Source of the DNA: Roseiflexus sp.
GTDB lineage: Bacteria; Chloroflexota; Chloroflexia; Chloroflexales; Roseiflexaceae
Assembly: GCA_017743475.1 (NCBI GenBank)
Contig: JAGHYV010000002.1
Location: 13,844 to 77,843 of the forward strand
Reading direction: 5' to 3'
Length of the DNA stretch: 64,000 bases
Of this stretch, positions 56,578 to 64,000 are shown one piece after another. Position 1 is the first letter of the stretch, and the number at the start of each line of letters is the position of its first letter. The position numbers and the translations under genes were made by a program. The notes beneath the pieces are model-generated. The model saw only the letters and a list, made by a program, of their open reading frames with translations. It was not told where the DNA came from and ran no database searches.

Positions 56578-57153
56578 ATGAAGACGTATCGGCTTTCTCC
56601 GTCAGGACGACGCAGCGCGATTGTTTTGCTGATTGGCGCGATGCTTATCTGGGTGTTTGCGTTGTGGACGCTGCGGATTACACTTGCTACCAGCAGTGAT
56701 CCTTCTGCCGGGTTGTTTCAGGCATTGCAGGAAAACCTTGACCGCGGGCTTTCCGTCGGTCAGGTTATTCCTGCATTGCTGATGGTAGTGCTGCTTATTG
56801 CGACACCACTGGTTCTATGGAATATTCTTGAAGAGTGGGGCGCGCAGTATACGCTGACCGACGCTGGCTTGCGGTTTACATCGCTTGGTATCGCATTGAA
56901 CTGTTCCTGGGATCGCATCACCGGCATTCGTCGTCTTGGAGATGATGCTGACGATCCGCTCGATGCCATTATGGTGAGCGACGATCTGTCGTCTCAGATC
57001 AAGAATCCGCTGGTACGCTGGCTGCACTGTCAGGCATGCGGTGCCCAACGCCTGCTAATCTATCCAGGCGTTGAAGACCGCGACGATCTGCTCCAGGAGA
57101 TCCGCGTGCGCTCCGGTCTATCCGATGCGCAGTCAGCATTATCACGAGCATAA
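56578..57153 (+). CDS. Membrane hypothetical protein (PH-like C-terminus)
   Basis: Two TM segments, then YTLTDAGL...SWDRITG. Confidence 0.6.
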   Translation: MKTYRLSPSGRRSAIVLLIGAMLIWVFALWTLRITLATSSDPSAGLFQALQENLDRGLSVGQVIPALLMVVLLIATPLVLWNILEEWGAQYTLTDAGLRFTSLGIALNCSWDRITGIRRLGDDADDPLDAIMVSDDLSSQIKNPLVRWLHCQACGAQRLLIYPGVEDRDDLLQEIRVRSGLSDAQSALSRA

Positions 57154-57269
57154 CAGGCTGTGGTGCCGCCTGTAATGATATTTGGAATAAAAACAGAGCC
57201 GCTCCAGGAGCGGTCAAAAAGGAAAGGAGTGTAGCAGAGACCGCAACGAACGATGGTCCCTGCTCGAAG

Positions 57270-58961
57270 GTGCTTATGGCAAAAAACAGATTACGTGCAA
57301 TTCCGCTTGGCGGCGCTGGTGAAGTGGGCCGCAACATGTGGGTTCTGGAGCACAACGATGAGATTCTTGTCCTCGATTGTGGGGTGATGTTCCCGGAAGC
57401 CGATATGCTTGGCGTCGATCTGGTGCTTCCCGACATTACCTATCTCCGCGACCAGAAGGACAAAATTAAGGCGATTGTGCTGACACACGGGCACGAAGAC
57501 CATATTGGTGCAGTGCCATACCTTGCGCCAGAACTTGATTTCCCGCCGATCTACGGCACGCCGCTGACGCTTGGCATGCTGTCAGTAAAACTCAAAGAGC
57601 ATCGCCTGCTTGATCGTGCCAAGCTGGTGAAGATGCAGGCGGGCGAGTCGTTCACCATTGGCTCCTTTACGATCGAACCGTTCAGCGTTGCGCATTCGAT
57701 CCCTGATACGGTCGGTCTGGCGATCGACACGCCAGTTGGTCTGGCAATCTATCTGACCGACTGGAAGTTTGATCACACGCCAGTGGATGGGCGTCCTACC
57801 GATATTGTCAAACTGTCGGAACTGGGCAGACGGTCGCCACTGGTGCTGATTACCGACTGTGTGCGGGTCGAGTCGAAAGGGTACACGCCGAGCGAGCAGG
57901 TGGTCGGCGAGGCGTTTGACGCGATCTTCGCAACTGCGCCCGGTCGGATTATTGTGGCAACCTTTGCATCGAATATATCGCGTGTGCAGCAGGTGATCGA
58001 CTCGGCGGAAGCGTATGGGCGCAAAGTTGTTATTGCAGGGCGCAGCATGGAGAATATGACGCGCATCGCGCTCGAACTTGGGTATCTGCGCGCGCAACAG
58101 GGCACGTTGATCCGCCCGCAGGAAGCGGCAGGTCTTGCCGACGATCAGGTGGCAGTTATCTGCACCGGCAGTCAGGGTGAACCGATGTCGGCGCTAGCGC
58201 GCATGGCCAACCGCGACTATCCCCACGTCAAGATCAAGGAAGGTGATACCGTTGTTGTTTCAGCAACGCCTATTCCGGGCAACGAGGTGTCGGTCAATCG
58301 GGTGATCAACAACCTGTTCCGTCTTGGCGCTGAGGTGATCTATGTTGGCAGCCCTTCGAGCCTGGCAGTGCACGTTTCCGGTCACGCTGCTCAGGAGGAA
58401 CTCAAAATGGTGCTCGCTATCCTGCGCCCAGAGTTCGTGGTACCGTTCCATGGCGACTATCGCCACATGATGCTTTACCGTAAACTTGCGCTTAGCATGG
58501 GCGGGTTGTTCTCTGAGTCGAACGTGATCATCCCCGAAAATGGCGCTGTGATGGAGTTCAGTCGCAACTATGTGAAAGTGACCGGCAAAGTTCCGGTCGG
58601 GTACGTCTATGTGGACGGCACAACCGTCGGTGATGTGGGGCAGGTAGTCGTGCGTGACCGTCAGTTGCTGGCGCGCGATGGCATTCTGATGGTCGTTGTC
58701 AGTATCGACCGAACTACCGGAGAACTCGTTGCGGGACCGGATGTGGTCTCGCGCGGTTTTGTCTATATGCGTCAGTCGGACGACCTGATCGAGTCGACGA
58801 AGAACATTGTGCGCGATGCGCTCTCGAAGCGGAACGGTGGTGGCAAGATGGAGATCGACAGCGCATTCGTCAATCGCAAGATCAAGGATGTCGTGAGTGA
58901 CTATCTCTACGGGCAAACACGCCGCCGTCCAATGGTTTTGCCAGTGGTCATGGAGGTGTAG
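57270..58961 (+). CDS. rnj: Ribonuclease J
   Basis: PLGGAGEVGRNM, THGHEDHIG, DWKFD, GSQGEP and HVSGH; start 57270 or 57276. Confidence 0.95.
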   Translation: MLMAKNRLRAIPLGGAGEVGRNMWVLEHNDEILVLDCGVMFPEADMLGVDLVLPDITYLRDQKDKIKAIVLTHGHEDHIGAVPYLAPELDFPPIYGTPLTLGMLSVKLKEHRLLDRAKLVKMQAGESFTIGSFTIEPFSVAHSIPDTVGLAIDTPVGLAIYLTDWKFDHTPVDGRPTDIVKLSELGRRSPLVLITDCVRVESKGYTPSEQVVGEAFDAIFATAPGRIIVATFASNISRVQQVIDSAEAYGRKVVIAGRSMENMTRIALELGYLRAQQGTLIRPQEAAGLADDQVAVICTGSQGEPMSALARMANRDYPHVKIKEGDTVVVSATPIPGNEVSVNRVINNLFRLGAEVIYVGSPSSLAVHVSGHAAQEELKMVLAILRPEFVVPFHGDYRHMMLYRKLALSMGGLFSESNVIIPENGAVMEFSRNYVKVTGKVPVGYVYVDGTTVGDVGQVVVRDRQLLARDGILMVVVSIDRTTGELVAGPDVVSRGFVYMRQSDDLIESTKNIVRDALSKRNGGGKMEIDSAFVNRKIKDVVSDYLYGQTRRRPMVLPVVMEV

Positions 58962-58964
58962 GTC

Positions 58965-58991
58965 GGGCATGTGGAGATGCCCATCTTTGTT
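58965..58991 (+). terminator. Weak hairpin terminator after rnj
   Basis: GGGCAT-GTGGAG-ATGCCC followed by ATCTTTGTT. Confidence 0.4.
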
Positions 58992-59054
58992 TCCTGCCGT
59001 AGTTCAATGGTAGATGGCACATTGGGGAGAGGAAGGTGTAGTGGAAAGATGGTA

Positions 59055-59091
59055 GCCGCTCACTCCCTCTCCCTGAGACAGGGACTGAAAG
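59055..59091 (+). repeat. Solitary CRISPR-repeat-like unit
   Basis: 37-mer GCCGCTCACTCCCTCTCCCTGAGACAGGGACTGAAAG with hairpin TCCCTG/CAGGGA and a 3' ACTGAAAG handle; no second copy in the window. Confidence 0.35.
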
Positions 59092-59120
59092 GCAACAGAG
59101 CGTCAGTAGAAGGTGAAACA

Positions 59121-59786
59121 TTATTGCCCTCTAGGACGCACACTATTCCGCACTGGTTCTGGTGCATCCGCTTCTTCACGCAACCGTGCAAACAGGCGTT
59201 CACGCAGATGACGCAACTTTTCCTGATACGCTTGCGTGCGGATTGGATCAGTCCACATAATCAGCGCATCCTCACCATTATCGGTGTAATAGCGCGGTCG
59301 CATACCAGCGGGGCGAAAACCATATTTCAGATATAATTGCTGGGCAACAACATTGCTGACGCGCACCTCCAGCGTCAGCACATCGGCTTGGAGATCGAGC
59401 GCCTGGTCAATCAGACCGTTGAGCAGCAACTCGCCAATGCCGCGACCGCGGTACTCCGGCGCTACGGCAATCGTGGTAATATGCCCCTCGTCAACGCTCA
59501 ACCAGACCCCGCCATACCCAACGATCGGGAAGTCGCGCGATGATGGTTGCTGCCCAAAGATCGCAGGGAAGATGCTCGAAAGCAGGTTGCGTCGTGTGAA
59601 TTGGCGTTCGTCGCGAGAGGGCGGCGGATTCGGCGAGGCGCGCGCGACGATGTAGCGACTCGTTGAAGGCGAGCGCAGTTCGTGGCGATAGGTGTTGGCA
59701 GACCAGAGTGTACTGAAACTGGCGCGCTCTATCGCCTGCACTTGCTCGATGTCCTCTTCGGTCATGCGCTCGACAAAATAATACAC
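59121..59786 (-). CDS. rimI: Ribosomal-protein-alanine N-acetyltransferase
   Basis: EGHITTIAVAPEYRGRGIG, TLEVRVSN and YYTDNGEDALIMW; start 59786 (GTG) or 59831. Confidence 0.88.
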   Translation of the reverse strand: MYYFVERMTEEDIEQVQAIERASFSTLWSANTYRHELRSPSTSRYIVARASPNPPPSRDERQFTRRNLLSSIFPAIFGQQPSSRDFPIVGYGGVWLSVDEGHITTIAVAPEYRGRGIGELLLNGLIDQALDLQADVLTLEVRVSNVVAQQLYLKYGFRPAGMRPRYYTDNGEDALIMWTDPIRTQAYQEKLRHLRERLFARLREEADAPEPVRNSVRPRGQ

Positions 59787-59802
59787 GGTGGTCTCGTGTT
59801 GG

Positions 59803-60636
59803 CTATCGTTTCGGTTCAAGCGGACGCGCAAGGTTCGGATTGTTCGGATCGAGCAGCAGTTGACCGGGGTATGCGCCGTCTTTGCCGAAATTCCCGCCGC
59901 CCTGGAACAGCCCGGTCACCTCGACACGCCCCCAGACGAAACTGTTATTCGGACCGAGGTTCAATTCACCAGAAACGCTGGGCGGAAACCCTTCCATCCA
60001 GATCATCTTACCGATCGGTTGCGGGCTGCTTCCGTCTTCTTCGGTGGAAACCCCTTCAGCTAGTACATAGATCAAGGAATTCCAGAAATAGTACCCCTGC
60101 GTCGTCACGGTTTGACCGTTATACCGCGCTGGATCGGCGACCAGGTCAAACAAAGAAACTTTCCCCTCGCCGAGAGGACGATTGTCGATGCGATACTCCC
60201 GTCGTCGAATCCGCTCAATTGGCTCAGCCGAAGCGACAAGAATTCGATGTCTGTACGCATTCTCCGCGCCAAACGGACCACCGGTCTCAAACCGGCCCTT
60301 CACCCGCACAAAGCCGTAGACGGCATCACCGGGTCGATGCAGTTCAGCAGCTGCGTCTCGTGGAAACCCTTCGAGCCAGATTGGCTCTCCCAGCGGTTGA
60401 GCGTCGAGACCGTTATCGAGCGTACTGACCCCAAGCGCCAGCACCTCACGCCCGTCACGACTCAGGTATGCACCTGATACCGTAATGTCTTTACCGTTGA
60501 ATTCCTGTGGACGATCAAGTAGATCGGGAACGTAGAGCGATGATGGACCATCGCCTGTACACGCAACCAGGATTGCGCCAGCGACAAGCACAAGCGTCAT
60601 CCATGAGATGCGTCGGATATAATTGTGCATATACAT
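59803..60636 (-). CDS. Lipoprotein with two repeated OB-like domains
   Basis: Lipobox ILVAC; internal duplication (ALGVST.D.G...QPLGE.IWLEGFP vs AEGVST.E.G...QPIGK.IWMEGFP). Confidence 0.75.
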   Translation of the reverse strand: MYMHNYIRRISWMTLVLVAGAILVACTGDGPSSLYVPDLLDRPQEFNGKDITVSGAYLSRDGREVLALGVSTLDNGLDAQPLGEPIWLEGFPRDAAAELHRPGDAVYGFVRVKGRFETGGPFGAENAYRHRILVASAEPIERIRRREYRIDNRPLGEGKVSLFDLVADPARYNGQTVTTQGYYFWNSLIYVLAEGVSTEEDGSSPQPIGKMIWMEGFPPSVSGELNLGPNNSFVWGRVEVTGLFQGGGNFGKDGAYPGQLLLDPNNPNLARPLEPKR

Positions 60637-60813
60637 TTACATATGCGCTTTCAGCTTGGATGGGGATCTCTTCCATCGGGCATTATAAAATCCAGCGAAG
60701 AAGTTGTCAAAACTGGTGTAATCCATATGTCATCCTGCTGGCACTTCAGGCGTTGATTCTAGTAATTGAGTGCTCGTATAATAATGCCAGGAATGAGTAG
60801 GGGGTCTAACGTT

Positions 60814-61458
60814 ATGTCTGTCCTCTTTGTTGCGCTGGGAATCATGGTATTAGCGCTGCTTGCACTGTTGCTCTGGTTCGTGCCGCACCTGCTGCACCAG
60901 CAATCGGCGCGGGTCGCTGGTGAGACTGCCCAACTGCGTGAAATGCTGCTCAATCTGCTCAATGAACAGGAAGCGGTAGCAATGCGGCAGGCGCAGCTTG
61001 GCGCGTCGCTATCGACGCTCCAGGGACGGCTCGAAGCGCTGGCGCAGAACGGCGGCGTCACCCGGACCTCCCCTGAACTGGTTGTAATGATTGATCAACT
61101 GGAAGCGCGTCTGAGCGATCTTCAGAGCCAGATCCAGTCCTGGCTTGATGGTCGCCAGCACAGTCTGCAAATGCGTGACCGTCAGGACAACGAAGCATGG
61201 GCGAATCTGATGGGATTGCTGGCAGCGATCCAGGAGCGTCTGGGGGCATTGTCACGTGACCGCGCGAATGCGATGGCAGCGTTACAAGCCAGTCAGTTGC
61301 TCGAAGATCTCGAACGTGAGATGCAGCAACTGCGCGCCATTTCGGAAGACATTGCCACGCTGCAAAACAGATTGCGACGTTCGCTCAGTGAGCGTGAGCA
61401 GCACTTGACCCTGGTACGTACTCGCCTGACGAACAATATTACGACCCGCGGCGCTTGA
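60814..61458 (+). CDS. N-terminally anchored coiled-coil protein
   Basis: TM helix followed by heptad-rich helices. Confidence 0.7.
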   Translation: MSVLFVALGIMVLALLALLLWFVPHLLHQQSARVAGETAQLREMLLNLLNEQEAVAMRQAQLGASLSTLQGRLEALAQNGGVTRTSPELVVMIDQLEARLSDLQSQIQSWLDGRQHSLQMRDRQDNEAWANLMGLLAAIQERLGALSRDRANAMAALQASQLLEDLEREMQQLRAISEDIATLQNRLRRSLSEREQHLTLVRTRLTNNITTRGA

Positions 61459-61526
61459 GTGTGTATTTTCGAAACAGTACTCTATTCCTGATGGTCCGTA
61501 GTTCAGAAGTATGGTACGATAAGCTT

Positions 61527-62363
61527 ATGAGCATCATCGTCGTTGACAACCAGGTCGTTCACTATGAGGTGCTGGGTCGTGGTCGTCCCGTGCTCTTTCT
61601 CCATGGCTGGATGGGCAGCTGGCGCTACTGGTTCCCGACGATGGAGCACGTGAAACAGTACTACCGTGCCTACTCATTCGATTTCTGGGGCTTTGGCGAG
61701 TCGCGCCGCAAGAGCACGACCGAGAGTATCCAAAATTACAGCGATCAGGTTATTCGTTTCCTTGATGCTCTCGGCATTGACCGCGTCCTGCTGGTCGGTC
61801 ACTCGATGGGCGGCATGGTAGCGCTCAAAACGGCGATTGATCATCCAACGCGCATCGCGCGTGTGGTGACAGTGGGCGCTCCGATTGTCGGCTCGTCCCT
61901 CTCCTGGTTGCTCAAACTCACCTATCATCGACCGCTTGCCAATACATTGGTGAGCGCTCCCTGGTTGCGTCGTTTTCTGTTTCGCCACTTCCTGGGCGAG
62001 ACGAACGATCCGGCAGTGCATGAAATCCTCGACGACAGCCTGAAATCTTCTGCCAGTACATTGCAGCGCTCGATTGCCTCGATGTTGTACACCGACCTGC
62101 GTCCAGAACTGCCGAAACTGGCTGTTCCTGCGCTGATCGTTCATGGCGGGCGGGACGAGATTGTGAACCCGAATCAGGCGGATCTGTTCCACCATGTGCC
62201 GCTGGCGCAGGTCGTCGTGATGCCGAAAAGTCGCCACTTTCCTTTCCTTGATGAGGCTGAGCAGTTCAATACGCTGTTGCTCAGTTTTCTGGCAAACGAT
62301 CACTCCTCCTTTCGCGACAGCATCGCGCCGCAAACAGTAGTACGCTCTTCACTCACGCCTTGA
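61527..62363 (+). CDS. Alpha/beta hydrolase (probably leaderless mRNA)
   Basis: FLHGW, GHSMGG, HGGRDE and SRHFP; TGG-TACGAT extended -10 at 61512-61520, ending 6 nt before the ATG. Confidence 0.88.
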   Translation: MSIIVVDNQVVHYEVLGRGRPVLFLHGWMGSWRYWFPTMEHVKQYYRAYSFDFWGFGESRRKSTTESIQNYSDQVIRFLDALGIDRVLLVGHSMGGMVALKTAIDHPTRIARVVTVGAPIVGSSLSWLLKLTYHRPLANTLVSAPWLRRFLFRHFLGETNDPAVHEILDDSLKSSASTLQRSIASMLYTDLRPELPKLAVPALIVHGGRDEIVNPNQADLFHHVPLAQVVVMPKSRHFPFLDEAEQFNTLLLSFLANDHSSFRDSIAPQTVVRSSLTP

Positions 62364-62464
62364 ATGCTATCTTTTGCGCTGGTGATCCCAACTAGCGCTG
62401 CGACGCTTTCCTGGATGCAGCGCTGTTGAGTCTGTTGTGCGCGTCATTGTGGTTATGCGTTCTG

Positions 62465-62473
62465 TGGTATAAT
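62465..62473 (+). promoter_or_regulatory. Extended -10 (TGG-TATAAT)
   Basis: Sits upstream of the FmdB-like gene. Confidence 0.55.
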
Positions 62474-62510
62474 CGAAGCGCGTGATTTTCGCCATCGTGA
62501 GAAGAATCCT

Positions 62511-62747
62511 ATGCCGCTCTACGAGTATCAATGTGGTGACTGCTCGCGCACCTTTGATCTGCTTCGTCCCTATCACCTTGCAGACGAAACACTGGACTGC
62601 CCGGTCTGTGGCAGTGATCGCATACGACGCAAAATATCGGTGATTACGCTCAGGCTGGATCAGGCGTCGAATCACATCGAAAACGGAACGATGGGCGCCT
62701 GCTGTGGCAGGAGTTGCGGTTGCGCGTCGCATGGCGGTCAGGGATGA
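62511..62747 (+). CDS. FmdB-family zinc-ribbon protein
   Basis: MPLYEYQCGDC...CPVCGS and a C-terminal CCGRSCGC. Confidence 0.85.
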   Translation: MPLYEYQCGDCSRTFDLLRPYHLADETLDCPVCGSDRIRRKISVITLRLDQASNHIENGTMGACCGRSCGCASHGGQG

Positions 62748-62775
62748 TGCGGAAACATTCACAACAGGACAATAT

Positions 62776-63771
62776 ATGAAAGTTATTATTCCTACTGCAG
62801 GGCTTGGGACGCGCCTGCGTCCACATACCTATAGTAAGCCCAAACCACTGGTATCGGTCGCCGGCAAGCCGGTCCTCGGTCATATTCTCGATACGCTGAC
62901 GCGATTTCCGATCGATGAAATGATCTTCATCACCGGCTACCTGGGCAATCAAATTGCCGACTATGTTACCTCGAACTACAAAATTCCGGCGCGGTTTATC
63001 GAGCAAACCGAACTGAAAGGTCAGGCGCACGCTGTCTATCTGGCGCGTGAAGTTGTCAACGGTCCAACGATTATTCTGTTCGTGGATACGATCTTTGAAG
63101 CGGACCTCAGTTGCCTGACGGAGCAGGATATCGATGGCGCCATCTTCTGCAAAGAAGTGGATGATCCCCGGCGTTTTGGTGTCGCTTTCACCAAGGATGG
63201 ATACATTACCAGACTCGTGGAGAAACCGACGACCGATGAGTCGAAGCTGGCAATGATCGGTCTGTACTATATCCGCGACATTCAGTGGTTGATGCGCGCA
63301 ATCGAAGTCCTGATGCTGCGGAATATCCAGACAAAAGGCGAGTACTTTCTCACTGACGCCCTGCAGTTGATGGTTGAAAATGGCGCCCGCTTCACCGCAC
63401 CTACCGTTGATGTCTGGGAAGACTGCGGCAAGCCAGAGACAGTGTTGCGAACGAATCGTTACCTGCTCGATCATGGTCGCGATTACGTTGATACCAGTCG
63501 TCTGTGTGGTTCGATTATTATTCCGCCTGTCTATATCGATGACACGGCGCAGGTGATCAATTCGATCATCGGTCCGTATGTGTCAATTGCGGCTGGCGCT
63601 GTGGTGAAGGACTCGATCATTCGCGACTCGATTATCAATCGTGATGCGCAAATTGTCTCCGCCACGCTTCAATCGAGCCTTATCGGTGATCACGCGGTAG
63701 TCCTAGGGGACTTTCGCGAACTTAATGTGGGCGACTCCTCCGAGATCCGGTACGGTCGTCCGGCGCATTGA
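62776..63771 (+). CDS. Sugar-phosphate nucleotidyltransferase (glucose-1-phosphate thymidylyltransferase-like)
   Basis: IIPTAGLGTRLRPHTYSKPKPL, GEYFLTDA and WEDCGK, plus a C-terminal beta-helix. Confidence 0.9.
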   Translation: MKVIIPTAGLGTRLRPHTYSKPKPLVSVAGKPVLGHILDTLTRFPIDEMIFITGYLGNQIADYVTSNYKIPARFIEQTELKGQAHAVYLAREVVNGPTIILFVDTIFEADLSCLTEQDIDGAIFCKEVDDPRRFGVAFTKDGYITRLVEKPTTDESKLAMIGLYYIRDIQWLMRAIEVLMLRNIQTKGEYFLTDALQLMVENGARFTAPTVDVWEDCGKPETVLRTNRYLLDHGRDYVDTSRLCGSIIIPPVYIDDTAQVINSIIGPYVSIAAGAVVKDSIIRDSIINRDAQIVSATLQSSLIGDHAVVLGDFRELNVGDSSEIRYGRPAH

Positions 63772-63789
63772 AAAGAATTGAGGGTTGCT

Positions 63790-64000
63790 ATGCTGCACTT
63801 TCCGAGCTCCATCGGCGTTGTGGCCGGGGGAGTGGCCGGTGAGGGCCAGCGGAAGGCGAGCCAGTATAGTCTGCGACCGCCATTGCTGCGTTTGAGCAGT
63901 CGCGACAACTGGGACTCTGCATGTGGTGAGCAAGAGTTGATTCAGCGTATGGTGGCGCTGGCGCACGCTGCCGGTCTTCCTTTCTCCCGCACGTTGATTG
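63790..64000 (+). CDS. Possible partial ORF running off the window
   Basis: Open from ATG 63790 to the edge after an AGGG; no recognisable motif. Confidence 0.3.
   Translation, partial: MLHFPSSIGVVAGGVAGEGQRKASQYSLRPPLLRLSSRDNWDSACGEQELIQRMVALAHAAGLPFSRTLI

Noticed and set aside
57195-57265. Hairpins in the rnj leader as a riboswitch
   Set aside because: Short stems (CCGCTC/GAGCGG; GCAG..GACC/GGTC..CTGC) with no recognisable aptamer or terminator.
58990-59120. CRISPR mini-array
   Set aside because: Only one repeat-like unit; no second copy at 60-80 bp spacing on either side.

Overview
This is a GC-rich (~60%) bacterial chromosomal window. Gene content and repeat style suggest filamentous Chloroflexota (Roseiflexus-like); this is inference, not a database match. 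In order: (1) an acyl-CoA synthetase cut by the window edge and a frameshifted PAS-PAS-STAS sensor. (2) A decayed integron: intI remnant, DUF4258/DUF2283 pair, one orphan cassette and attC-like sites. (3) A metal/redox block (8.4-18 kb) with Cys-poor L28/S18 paralogs, a His-rich protein, a zinc-ribbon/cold-shock fusion, a CydA-like heterodimer with a fused cytochrome c, a Crp/Fnr regulator, a CxxxC/Pro-rich leader-like ORF, a Fur-family regulator and a permease; three copies of a Fur/Zur-like box link this block. (4) A large surface-glycosylation locus (18.8-35.6 kb): GT4s, flippase, methyltransferase and several GT-C-like membrane proteins, including a low-GC chimera. (5) A hybrid kinase, a GH5-like pseudogene, an orphan Wzt, a YhfZ pseudogene, a tyrosine recombinase and sqdB. 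(6) A MITE, REP-like units and an IS630 remnant. (7) Housekeeping genes: T-box-controlled glyQS, xerD, dusB, murJ, URO-D-like, lgt, rlmI-like, udg, rnj, rimI and others. No rRNA, tRNA or CRISPR array was seen, but one solitary CRISPR-like repeat lies after rnj. The best new-system candidate is the Crp/Fnr(NnrR-like)-controlled CydA-CydA'/cytochrome c module at 11.0-15.0 kb.
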